Assembly: GCA_963729805.1 (NCBI GenBank)
Contig: CAVSPH010000014.1
Coordinates: forward strand, 6,832-70,831
Origin: Candidatus Bathyarchaeota archaeon
GTDB taxonomy: Archaea; Thermoproteota; Bathyarchaeia; Bathyarchaeales; Bathycorpusculaceae
Reading direction: 5' to 3'
DNA: 64,000 nucleotides
In this document: piece after piece, positions 20,948 through 32,355 of the stretch
Layout: every line of letters starts with the position of its first letter
Position numbering within the stretch: the first letter of the stretch is position 1
Translations under genes and position numbers: made by a program
Notes under the pieces: generated by a model
What the model saw: the letters and a program-made list of their open reading frames with translations, nothing else
Database searches by the model: none
Told to the model about the DNA's origin: nothing

Positions 20948-22601
20948 TTATTCGTCCTCCTCATCTCTGGTTTTGAAGCATTTGCCGGCTTCGCATTTTT
21001 TTTCTACAATATGCTGAATATACTCATCTTTGAAGTAACGTAGAGTTGTAATCACTGGGTTAGGCGCTGTTTGTCCAAGACCGCAAAGGCTCGCGTCTCT
21101 GATGAAAACGCTGGATTTCTCCAGAGTTGAAATGTCGCTCATTTCGCCTTGCCCGTGGGTGATTTTGTCAAAGATTTCTTTTTCTCTTGCTAAGCCGGCT
21201 CTGCAGGGAGTGCATTTGCCGCATGATTCATCAATACAGAATTCAGTGAAGAATCTCGCAGTGTCAACCATGCATGAGTCTTCGTCAATAACAACTATCC
21301 CGCCTGAACCCATGATTGCGCCTACTTTTGTAAGTGAGTCATAGTCAATTGGAGATTCGAGCAGTGTTTCTGGGAGGCAACCTCCTGAGGGTCCGCCGAC
21401 GAGGACTGCTTTGAATTTTTTGCCGTCTGGGACTCCGCCGCCAATTTCAAAAACAACTTCTCTTAGCGTAATGCCCATTGGCACTTCTATGAGTCCTGGA
21501 TTTTTTGTTTTTCCTGTTAACGAGAAACATTTTGTTCCGGTACATTTTGGTGTTCCTGTTTTTGAGAACCATAGTCCGCCATTTTGAACGATGAGTGGTA
21601 TGTTGGCTAAGGTTTCCACGTTCTGGATAAGCGTTGGTTTTTGCCATAAACCTGAGTTTGCTGGGTATGGTGGACGTGGCCGGGGCATCGCTCTGCGACC
21701 TTCAACGGAGGCGAGAATTGCTGTTTCTTCTCCTGCAACGAATGCGCCAGCGCCAAAGCGAAGTTCTAAGGTCAAATTTGAAGGTACCGTTTCAAAATGT
21801 TATCACCGAGTAAGGTCATGGCTTTTGCTTGAGCAATAGCTTTTTGCAAAGTTTGAATAGCCAGCGGATATTCTGATCGAATGTAAATGTAGCCTTTTTC
21901 TGCGCCTATTGCGTAAGCAGCAATCAGCATGCCTTCGATAATGGCGTGTGGATCAGCCTCAGCTAAAGTTCTATTTGCGAAAACACCTGGGTCTCCTTCG
22001 TCCAAGTTTGCGACTATGTATTTTGGGGTGTTATGTGACTCTCGCTACAAGAGCCCATTTTTGTCCGGTTGGGAAACCTGCGCCGCCTCGCCCTCTTAGA
22101 CCGCTTGTCTAAAATTTCGTAAATTACTCCTTGTGGGGTCATGGTTGCTAGGCATTTAGCGAGTGCTGAATAGCCGCCTGCTGAAATGTAATCTTGAATT
22201 CTTGAGGGATCAATTTTTCCTGCATTTCGCAAAACTAGCCGATGTTGTTTTTTGAAGTAAGCTTCGTTTTTGTAGAGCATTTCTTTAACTGGTAATCCTA
22301 AGAACAATGTGGTCACGAACTATGTCTCTTACTTTTTCAGGGGTAACGCTTTGGTAGAGGTAGTCTCCCGGTTCAATTAGTACTGCGGGACCAACGGAGC
22401 ATGTGCCGATGCAGCCTGTTCGTGCAACTTTGCATTCATTTTCAACGCCGAATTCTTTTACGGCATCTTCGAAGTCTTTAAAACTTTGAATGCTCCGAAT
22501 GGTACGCAGCCGCTTGAGCAGCAGACGTTAATGCGGTATTTGTAGGCTCTTTGGAAGTCAATTTCTTGTTCGGCTATTTTTTGAAGATCATCAAGCTTCA
22601 G
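20948..22601 (-). CDS. hoxF: Diaphorase flavoprotein subunit (NuoF-like), split by several indels
   Basis: N-terminal thioredoxin-like 2Fe-2S (VCCSSGC, GCIGTC), GRGGAGFP region, [32 protein letters not shown] across four or more frames. Confidence 0.85.
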
Positions 22602-22603
22602 CT

Positions 22604-23081
22604 TTAACCCCTCCAAGTGCGTTTTTGATTTTTTCTATGACTATTTCGTGAAGTGGCTTTTCCAATCACTTCGTCATCAACCACAATGTTTGGCGCCATT
22701 GCGCATGCTCCTATGCAGCGAGTGATAAGTAGGGAAAGTTTGCCGTCGGCTGTGGAGCCTCCTCGTTTTAGGTTGAATTCTTGCTCGATATCTTCAATAA
22801 TTTGCTCAACCTCTTTAACATAGCAAGCGGTTCCTAAGCATCCGGTTACCACATGTTCGCCTGGTTTTCTAAGTTTGAAAAAGCTGTAGAAAGTTGTAAC
22901 GCCGTAAACGTGGCTTGGAGGAAGATTCAGTGATTCTGCAATATCCATAAGTAAATCCTTATCCAAGTACCCGTAAATTTCTTGGGCGCTATGGAGAATT
23001 TCTATAAAGGCATTTTCTTGATAATTATGTTCTTTAAGAATTTTTTCAAGCATTTTCGCGTCGTTTATCTTCTGCAGCCAA
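22604..23081 (-). CDS. hoxE: NuoE-like 2Fe-2S subunit (indels near both ends)
   Basis: LHSAQEIYGYL, VTTFYSFF, CLGTAC, RCIGACAMAP. Confidence 0.88.
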
Positions 23082-23283
23082 GAGCTTTGTCCTCCAACAG
23101 TGTTTTGCGCATCCTTAACACACGGTTAGGCTTACAGAAAATAGGGATATAAAAAACTATATGAGAACAATTGACAAACTCGTACGAAAACAAATTGTGA
23201 AAATAATTAAGATTTGATGGTTTAGTTGCCAACAAACATTATTTGTTGACAACCATAAAAATTCTGATGTTAATTTGGAGGAA

Positions 23284-26103
23284 TTAGGCGGATGTTGCTT
23301 CTTGCTGTTTTGTACGACTTTATTTTCTTTAGGGATGGGTGTTTCTTTCTTTAGCTGTTCCTTGGGTGGTTCAGGCAATGATTTGTCTAGTAAGCATCGG
23401 GGGTCTATGTCTTCGTTTTTCAGGTTAAGTGATGCTTTGACTGTGCCGTCGCTTAAGTATTCGATTTTGAAGCCCATTTTCTTTATTAGACTTAAAGCTC
23501 TGTAGTTGTCTGGCAACATGATTGCGTAGACGCTTTCAACGCCTTTTTCTTTTGCAATGTCAAGGACGTAATCGACCATTTTTGTTCCTAAACCTAAGCC
23601 TTGCCAGTAGTCGCTCACAATGAAAGCCATTTCACTGCTTTTTCCATCTGATTCAATGCTGACGCGGCTACACCGAGAATTTTTCTTTTTCCATTTTCAA
23701 CAATTTCGGCAACAATTGCGACTTCTCGGTCATAATCAACATTGCAGTAGCGCACTCGAACTTCATGTGGAGTGTCTTTGAGCATTTGGAAGAATCGGTA
23801 TCGTATGGATTCTTCTGAGAAGCTTTGGAACATTTCCAGCCACATGGGTTCATCTTCTGGTTTTATGGGCCGCAGCAGTACTTCTTGGCCGTTTTTTAGT
23901 TGCCATAGAATTTCGTATTTTTTTGGGTAAGGACTGATAACCATGTGCTCGTGTGGTTCAAATTTCTTGCAGACTGTATCTTTGTCAATTACTATGCGGG
24001 CGTCAAGAATGCATGCTTCTTTCTCGTTGATCAAGAGTGGGTTGATGTCAATTTCTTTTATTTGTGGGAAATCAACGAGTAACTGAGAGAATAGCAGCAT
24101 GGTTTCGTCGAGTTTTTTGAGGTCAACTGGGGTTGAACCTCGGTAGCCTTTGAGAATCGGTAAACTTTTGTTTCTTCCATCATGCGGTGAATAAGCGTTG
24201 TGTTTAGTGGTGGAAGCCCGATTGAGTAATCTTTGAAGAGTTCTACGCCGACGCCGCCCATGCCGAATAGTATTACTGGACCAAAGACGGGGTCGGTTTT
24301 TCCGCCGATGATGATTTCTTAGCCTTTCTTTTCAATCATAGGTTGAACGGTAACACCGATTATTTGGGCGTTTGGATTGTATGCTGTTGCTCTTTGGATT
24401 AGAACTTCGAAGGCTTCGCGGACTTCGTTTGGTGTGTTAACGTTTAGGATTACTCCGCCTGCATCGCGTTTTATGGATGATTTGGGGTGACAGAATTTTA
24501 AGTACAACTGGGAAACCCATTTCTTGGGCAAATGTAACTGCTTCTTCGACGTTGTTTGCAGCTGCGGTTCTTACGATTGGGAAATTATAGTATTTGAGTA
24601 CTTTTTTGGCTTCATCTTCAGTTAGAACTTCTCGGCCTTCAAACGCAGCGTTTCTTAGATATGACCATGATTGGGCGTTTGGGTGGTGAGGCGTCAACTG
24701 GTAATTCTTCAGGGGTTTCGTAGAGAAGTTCGATGTTGCGTTGGTATTCGTACATGTACATGTATGTTTTGATTGCTTGCTCAGGAGTGGAGTAGGTGGG
24801 AATGTTGTTTGCGTTTAAGATGCTGTTTGCTTCTTGAACTGCGCCAAAACCCATAAACGAGGTTAAGATTGTTTTGTTTTGGTAAGATTTGTTGCGTACA
24901 AGTTCAACTATGTTTTTGGCTATTTCAACTGATTCTGAAACTGCTTGCTGAGTGAAAATAATCAAGATTCCATCAATGTTTTCGTCGTTAAGGCAAGCTT
25001 CAAGTGCGGCTTTGTAACGGTCAGCTTTGCATCTCCTAAGAACGTCAACGGGGTTACCGTGGCTCCAGAAAGGAGGCAGAACAGCGTTAAGAGAATCCAA
25101 GATTTTCTGGCTTAACTTTGCCAATTTGCCGCCTGCAGCAATCAAAGCGTCAGTTGCCATAACGCCTGGTCCGCCAGCGTTAGTTATTATGGCTAAGTCT
25201 TGGTCCTTTTGGCAATGGTTGAGTTCCTAAAACTTCTGCGGCGTTAAATAAGTCAGCAATTTCGTTAACTCGAACAATGCCTGCACGTTTGAATGCTGCA
25301 TCATAAATGTCATCTTCCCCTGAAAGTGAACCTGTGTGGGAAGCTGCTGCTTTTGCGCTTTCCGCGAATTTGCCTGATTTAACAACAATTATGGGTTTGG
25401 TTCTTGCAAAGTGCCTTGCTGCACTCATGAATTTGCGGGCTTCAGTTATGCCTTCTACATACATCAGTATGCTTTTGGTTTTTGGGTCGGAACCAAAATA
25501 ATCAATTAGGTCGCCAAAGTCAACGTCAATCATGGAGCCGACTGAAACGAAGTTGCTAAAGCCGATGTTTTCATGGATTGCCCAGTCAAGAATTGCTGAG
25601 CCTAAAGCGCCACTTTGAGACAGAAAAGCGACGTTGCCTGGTTTTGGCATTTTATCCAAAAAAGTAGCGTTAGGTTTGCTCGGGGCGAATAATTCCGATG
25701 CAGTTTGGACCAATAACTCGGATGCCATATTTCTTGGCTATTTCAAGAATTTTCTGTTCCAAAGCTTTGCCTGCGGGACCTGTTTCCTTGAAGCCTGCAG
25801 AAACAATGATTACGCCTTTCACATTTGCCCTTCCACATTCCTCCATAACGTCTGGAACGGTTTTGGCAGGCGTGGCAATCATAGCTAAATCAACAGGTTC
25901 TGGAATCTCATCGACTGATTTGTAAGTTTTAACTCCCTAAAATTTCTGGTTTGCGAATGTTAACAAAGTAAACTTTGCCAGCGATAGCCCATTTGGGTAA
26001 AATTTTTAACAATGGCGTAGCCAACTGAACCTTCAGCGTCGCTGGCCCCGACGATGGCTACATTTTGAGGGTCGAAAATCTTATCAAGATTTAATGTTCC
26101 CAT
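23284..26103 (-). CDS. ADP-forming acyl-CoA synthetase (alpha+beta) fused to a C-terminal GNAT (Pat-like architecture); many indels
   Basis: [78 protein letters not shown]. Confidence 0.85.
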
Positions 26104-26251
26104 TTTGATTTAACCTTCTGAGTATCGTCGTATATAACGGCATAAATTAAGCTTATTGTTTAATTTAATTGATTTTATGAATCCTCAACATAAAAAAAAA
26201 GACTAATGTTTAAGGTTTGCATTTTTGAGGAAACAGCGCTTGAAATTTGAC

Positions 26252-26699
26252 TTATTGGAAATACTTTTTGATTTCGCTAAGCGAAAGAACAACAACGCCA
26301 TTAGCAGATTAACATTTGTTCTGCTTTCTCAACATTGCTAGGACGAAGAATCAATGCAACTTTGCCGTCCACATGAATAGCTGATGAATAAGCATATTCT
26401 ATGTTAATGCCTCCATCGCCTAAAATTTTGGTTATCTTTGAAAGCGTTTCTTTAGCAGAAATGAAAATAGCTGTTACCTCCGTGTTCTTTTTGGATTTGG
26501 CAAGGTTAAAATCAGCATCTTCCAAGAACTTTGTGGCTTTTTCAGGTTCTTCAGTTATCAACCGCACTAAGCCAAATTCGCCTGCGTCAGCAATTGACAA
26601 GGCGAAAACTTTCATTTGTTGTTGATCAAGCTTCGACATGACGTCAAAAAGGGAACCCGGATGATTATCAAGAAAGACACTTACTTGAGTTATAGGCAA
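26252..26699 (-). CDS. Tandem ACT-domain protein
   Basis: QVSVFLDNHPGSL...ALSIAD..EFG.VRLI...GINIEYAY; C-terminal indel near 26310. Confidence 0.85.
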
Positions 26700-26956
26700 A
26701 TATGACACCGATAGTTCAATGGTTTTAAACAATATTTAACTTTAACCCAACCAGCTAAATTTGAAGGTTTATTCAGAATGTTTACTGATTTAATCTTAAA
26801 GTTTTGCCAGACGAAGTTAAGGACAGTTTTGTACCAAATGATACACAAATATCATAATTTGTGACATAAATGTCGCAATATTTAATAGGTATCTGGCAGA
26901 TAGAAAAGTCATCCCTGAAAAAGTGAAAAATGATGATTAACCCTTTAAAATCAAAT

Positions 26957-27152
26957 TTGCAAAATAAGAATAACAAAACCAAATGTCCAGACTGTGATTC
27001 AGAACTAAACTTTCCCTGCAATGTAGAAAAAGGGGAAGTTCTGAGCTTGTCCTGGTTGTGGACTTGAACTCGAAGTTAAGAAAATATCCGATGGAGGTGA
27101 ATGCTTAGATCTTCAAGAGTTAATAATTGAAGGCGAAGATTGGGGCGAATAA
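26957..27152 (+). CDS. lysW: LysW/ArgW amino-group carrier protein (one indel near 27047; absent from ORF track)
   Basis: KCPDCDSEL...GEVL(S)CPGCGLELEV...LIIEGEDWGE*: zinc ribbon plus the invariant EDWGE C-terminus. Confidence 0.88.
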
Positions 27153-27364
27153 GATTATTCGCTAAATTTCACACGTTTTTAAATGCTTTTCTTATTTTTT
27201 TCTTTAAGTTTTCAAGTAGAACACACTAAACAAAATTAACTTTGTTAATTGAACAAAATTTTTGCCAAGAATCCTTCCGCTGAAAACTTTGGTATGAATC
27301 AGCATTTTTACCAAACTTTATATTTGAACTTTGGATATTCCTTGCTAATCGGAGAATAGTAAAT

Positions 27365-28102
27365 TTGCTAAAGTGCACCGAAGTCTCTAAGCAGTTTGGA
27401 GGACTTCAAGCATTAAAGAAGGTTGATTTCATTGTTAATAGCAATGAGATAACTGGGCTTGTTGGACCTAACGGTTCAGGCAAATCCACATTGTTGAATC
27501 TAATCAGTGGCGTTTACAATCCAGATTCTGGGCAAATCGTTTTTTTAGATGAAGACATCACAAAGCTTCCGCCGTACAGGATTTGCGCTAAAGGGATAAC
27601 GAAAACGTCGCAGACTGTTCAGTCTTTTCCAGAAATGACAGCTGTCGAAAACGTGTTAACAAGTGTACTTTTCAACGAGAAAAAATCAGCTGGCAAAATT
27701 GATGCCTTATCTAAAGCTCAAGAATTATTAGATTTTGTTGGATTAAGTAAAGAAAAATTTGATGTGAAAGCAAAAAGTCTAAATGTTGTTGAGTTGCGAC
27801 GTATCCAGCTTGCTAAGGCTTTAGCAACCAGTCCTAAGTTGTTGCTTTTGGATGAGTTACTTACTGGTTTAACTCCTGCAGAATGCGATGAAGCCATTGA
27901 ACTTATCAAACGAATTAACAAACAAGGAGTAACTATTCTCATAGTTGAACATGTTATGAGAGTGATAATGGGATTATGTGATCGGGTAATTGTTTTGCAT
28001 CATGGCGAAAAAATTTGTGATGGAACACCTAAACAAGTATGCACTGATGAAGATGTAGTGAAAGTGTATTTAGGAAAAAGATTCACATTTTCTGAGGAGT
28101 AA
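27365..28102 (+). CDS. livG: Branched-chain amino acid-type ABC ATPase (LivG)
   Basis: FGGL, GPNGSGKST, LLLDE, VEHVM. Confidence 0.9.
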   Translation: MLKCTEVSKQFGGLQALKKVDFIVNSNEITGLVGPNGSGKSTLLNLISGVYNPDSGQIVFLDEDITKLPPYRICAKGITKTSQTVQSFPEMTAVENVLTSVLFNEKKSAGKIDALSKAQELLDFVGLSKEKFDVKAKSLNVVELRRIQLAKALATSPKLLLLDELLTGLTPAECDEAIELIKRINKQGVTILIVEHVMRVIMGLCDRVIVLHHGEKICDGTPKQVCTDEDVVKVYLGKRFTFSEE

Positions 28103-28104
28103 AA

Positions 28105-28809
28105 ATGCTGGAAGTCCAAAATATATCGGCGGCATATGGCATGGTGCAAATACTCCGCGATGTAAGTTTCAAAGTAGAAGAGAAAGAAATCCTCAGCATC
28201 ATAGGACCTAACGGAGCGGGAAAAACAACTCTTGTGAAAACAATCATGGGGTTTTTGCACCCAAAAACAGGAACAATTAAGTTTAAAGGCGAAAACATCG
28301 AGAAACTGCCAACATACGAGATAGTTAAGAAAGGTTTGACCATGATTCCTGAAGGGAGAGAAATTTTTCCTCGAATGACAATTGAGGAAAATCTGATGCT
28401 GGGTGCCTACACAATAAAAGATAAAGCTAAAATTAAGGAATCAAAGGAAAATGTTTTCCAGATTTTTCCGGTGCTGAAAAAGAAAGAAAAAGCTTTGGCG
28501 CAGACGCTTAGCGGTGGTGAGCAGCAGATGTTAGTTATTTGTCGAAGTTTAATGTCTAATCCTCAGCTTCTGATTTTGGATGAGCCTTCTTTAGGTTTGG
28601 CGCCGATTATAGTAGAAAAAGTGTTAGATACTATACGTACAATCAATGATGAAGGGGTAACGATTCTGCTTGTGGAGCAGAACATCCATGATTCATTAAA
28701 TGTCGCGGACCGCGGTTATGTTTTGGAAGAGGGTCAAATTGTTTTGGAAGGGAAAAGTAGGGAACTTTTATCTAATAGTCATATAAAAGAAGTGTATCTA
28801 GGCCTTTGA
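28105..28809 (+). CDS. livF: Branched-chain amino acid-type ABC ATPase (LivF)
   Basis: GPNGAGKTT, PEGR, LSGGEQQM, LDEPSLGLAP, VEQN. Confidence 0.92.
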   Translation: MLEVQNISAAYGMVQILRDVSFKVEEKEILSIIGPNGAGKTTLVKTIMGFLHPKTGTIKFKGENIEKLPTYEIVKKGLTMIPEGREIFPRMTIEENLMLGAYTIKDKAKIKESKENVFQIFPVLKKKEKALAQTLSGGEQQMLVICRSLMSNPQLLILDEPSLGLAPIIVEKVLDTIRTINDEGVTILLVEQNIHDSLNVADRGYVLEEGQIVLEGKSRELLSNSHIKEVYLGL

Positions 28810-28828
28810 TTAAGAGAGGTAAAGAGCA

Positions 28829-30145
28829 ATGAGTGGCAATTACTGGAACGAAAAAATCGAAACCATGCCTTCAGAAGAATTAAGAAAGCATCAACTTACA
28901 AAGCTAAAGAAAATGGTCAAGCATTGTTATGATAATAGCAGTTTTTATAAGAAGAAATTTGATCATGCTGGCTTAAAACCTGAAGACATTAATTCACTCG
29001 ATGATCTTAGGTTAATTCCTTTCACAACGAAAGCCGATTTAAGAGACAATTATCCTTTTGGCATGGTCGCTGTTAAATCTGATGAAATTTGTGAGATTCA
29101 TGCTTCAAGTGGAACAACTGGAAATCCAATCGTTGGTGCTTATACGAGAAGCGACATGGATGTTTGGCAAGAATTAATGGCAAGATCCATCTACACTGCA
29201 GGTGGAAGAAAGGAGGATGTTATCCATATCGCTTATGGATATGGATTGTTTACTGGCGGTTTAGGCTTTCATTACGGGGCTCAAGAGATTGGAACCAAAA
29301 TTATCCCTGCAAGCGGGGGAATGACCCAGAGACAAATAAAACTCATGAAAGACTTGGGCGCCACCATTTTAGCTTGTACGCCAAGCTTTGCAGTTTATCT
29401 GGCTGAAACTATGGTTCAAGAAGGCATTGATGTTAAGAAAGAGCTAAAACTTAGATCCGGAATGTTTGGGGCGGAACCGTGGTCTGACAAGATTAGGGAA
29501 AGAATTCAGAAAGAGTTGGGGATTGAAGCTTTTGATATTTATGGATTAACTGAATTATGTGGTCCAGGTGTTTCTGTTGAATGCAGTGTGCACAATGGGT
29601 TACATATTGCTGAAGACCATTTTATCGTTGAAACGATTAATCCCGACACAGGTGAAGTTTTGCCTCCTAGAGAAGAAGGTGAATTAGTGTTCACAACGCT
29701 CAGCAAAACAGGCTTACCATTGCTAAGATACAGGACCAGAGATATCTCCAGAATTAAAACCGAAAAATGTAAGTGCGGACGTACGCATGCTCGAATGATG
29801 CGTGTTCATGGAAGATCGGATGACATGTTAATTGTGCGTGGAGTAAACATTTTCCCTTCACAGATTGAGTTTGCAGTGATGTGTTTCTCTGAATTAGCTT
29901 CTCAATACCTGATAGTGCTTGATAGACCAGGAGCTTTAGATACGTTTGTAGTTAAGGTTGAACTGTCAGAAACAGCTGCTAAAGATCCACAGCTTGACTT
30001 GAATGCTTTAAAGAATAACATAATGCAGCAAATTCATATTGTTACGGGATTGTCCGCTGATGTTGAAATCGTTAAGCCAGGCGAGCTTCCGAGAACAGAG
30101 GGAAAAGCAAAGAGAGTTTTGGATTTGCGCCAAGGCAAGATGTAA
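28829..30145 (+). CDS. paaK: Phenylacetate-CoA ligase family (AMP-forming)
   Basis: HASSGTTG, YGYGLFTGGLG, GAEPW, DIYGLTE, RYRTRD, LPRTEGKAKRV. Confidence 0.92.
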   Translation: MSGNYWNEKIETMPSEELRKHQLTKLKKMVKHCYDNSSFYKKKFDHAGLKPEDINSLDDLRLIPFTTKADLRDNYPFGMVAVKSDEICEIHASSGTTGNPIVGAYTRSDMDVWQELMARSIYTAGGRKEDVIHIAYGYGLFTGGLGFHYGAQEIGTKIIPASGGMTQRQIKLMKDLGATILACTPSFAVYLAETMVQEGIDVKKELKLRSGMFGAEPWSDKIRERIQKELGIEAFDIYGLTELCGPGVSVECSVHNGLHIAEDHFIVETINPDTGEVLPPREEGELVFTTLSKTGLPLLRYRTRDISRIKTEKCKCGRTHARMMRVHGRSDDMLIVRGVNIFPSQIEFAVMCFSELASQYLIVLDRPGALDTFVVKVELSETAAKDPQLDLNALKNNIMQQIHIVTGLSADVEIVKPGELPRTEGKAKRVLDLRQGKM

Positions 30146-30156
30146 AGGATCAACCT

Positions 30157-32355
30157 ATGACTTCCAAGATTGGAGTAGATAAGCCGGGCAGTTTTGCCTT
30201 GCTCAATGGCGACGAGGCTGTTGCAAGAGGTGCATTGGAAGCTACCGTAAAAGTTGCAGCTTCGTACCCTGGAACGCCAGCTACTGAAATTTTGGAAACC
30301 ATTGCTGAATTTTCAAAAGATTTTGGCATTTATGCTGAATGGAGCGCCAACGAGATTGTAGCTGCAGAAGTTGCTGCAGGCGCTTCGATGACTGGAGTTA
30401 GAGCTATTGTTTCCATGAAACACGTGGGTCTAAACGTTGCAGCTGATGCGGCAATGACTTTGGCTTATACTGGGGTTGAAGGCGGCATGGTTTTTGCAGT
30501 CTGCGACGATCCAGCGCTGCACAGTAGCCAAAACGAGCAAGATACAAGATACTTTGCTGTTCACTCAAAGTTGCCTTTGCTTGATGCTGGCAGTCCCCAA
30601 GAAGCTTTGGATATGGCTAGGGATGCGTTTGAGCTGAGCGAAAAATTGCATTTACCAGTTATTTTGCGGCTCACAACTAGGGTGGCACATGGCAAGGCTA
30701 GAGTGAGATTGGGAGAGTTGCAGAAAATCAAACGGAAAGTTGAGTTTGATAAGAAAGGCTCAAAATGGGTGATGGTTCCGTCTAACGCAATTCGACAGCA
30801 TAGAATTTTAGAAAGACAGGCTCGCCGAAGCAAAGAAGCTTGCTGTAAATTCCAGATTTAATGTGATCGAGGATAATAGTTGTGAAATAGGAATTATTGG
30901 AAGCGGGGTAGGTTACTATTACGCTCGGTCAATATTGGATTCAAAAAAGTTTTCATGGCTAAAGCTGGGTTTCGTTTATCCGTTTCCAGAAGAATTTAGT
31001 CAAGAAATTTGCTTCGAAGGTTAAGAAGCTTATTGTTATTGAAGAATTGAGGCCATTTGTTGAAGAAAACATTCAACGGTTGGGTTTCCAAGTAATTGGG
31101 AAAGAGTCAGTTAGGTTTAGAAGAGATTGGTGAATTTACACCTGATAATGTGCGTCGAGCTTTTGCAACCTTAGAATTAGCTGAGAAGGAACAAGCGCAA
31201 GAGGTTTTGGATTTGCCTCCTAGACCGCCAGCGCTTTGCCCAGGATGCCCTCACAGAGCATTCTATTACTCGTTAAACATGGTTAATCAACATATCAATT
31301 GTGACACCGACAAATGTGTTGGCTGCGACATATGCGAGTATACCTGTTCGTTTGAAAAAGAAAAAGTGTTCAATCCACTTAAATCGAGAATTCGTTCGGT
31401 AAGAATTGGGCAAACCTTCAACACGGCAGTTACTTGTAAGGCATGCAAGAATGCTCCATGCATAATTGCTTGCGAAGAAAAAGCTTTGACACAGAATGAA
31501 ATGGGCGCTATTTTGGTTGATGAACAAAAATGCAATGGGTGTGGGTGGTGCATTGAAGCTTGCACTTATGGTGCGATAACGTTGCATCCTAAAACGGGTA
31601 AAGTAATTATTTGTGACATGTGTAACGGCGATCCTAAGTGCATTCCTTTTTGTCCTGAAAGTGCTTTGAGCTTAACAGGAAAATCAGATGACAAAATTGT
31701 TACAGGCGACATTGGCTGCTACACTTTTGGTGTCTTACCTCCAATAAACAGTGTTCAAACATGTTTGTGTATGGGTGCGGGAATTTCACAAGCCGCAGGG
31801 ATGTTTCATGCTGGCGTAAAACAGAAGGTGTTTGCAGTTATCGGCGACTCTACGTTTTTCCATGCAGGAATGCCTGGACTGCTTAACCTTGCGTACAATA
31901 AAGCGAATGTATGCGTGATAATTATGGATAATACCACTGTTGCCATGACCGGGCATCAGCCAACACCAAGTTCTGGAAAAACCGCCATGGGCAATGACGC
32001 TAAAATAATTAGAATTCAGGATGTTGCGAAAGGTCTTGGGATAGAAAAAGTGGATGTCGTTGATCCATTTGACCTTATAGCTACTTCAGAGGCAATTAGG
32101 CAAGCTCAAGATTACAATGGACCATCAGTTATTATTTCTCAGAAGCCTTGTCCGCTTTTGGTTGAGAGGGGTAAAGCGCGAGAAGTTTTGGAAAAATGTA
32201 ATGCTTGCGGAGTTTGTGTGAAGGCTTTCGGTTGCCCAGCCATTTCTTTGTCCGGTGAGCGTGTTGAGATAGATGCGACACTTTGTTATGGTTGCGGTGT
32301 CTGCGAGAGTGTTTGTCCTTTTGAAGCAATAGGAGTAAAGAAAGATGAAACTTGA
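30157..32355 (+). CDS. iorA: Indolepyruvate:ferredoxin oxidoreductase alpha subunit with an internal polyferredoxin insertion (indels at 30.8-31.1 kb)
   Basis: SYPGTPATE, MKHVGLNVAAD, SSQNEQD, CPGCPHR, GDIGC, GDSTFFH, AMTGHQP, C-terminal 2x[4Fe-4S]. Confidence 0.9.
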
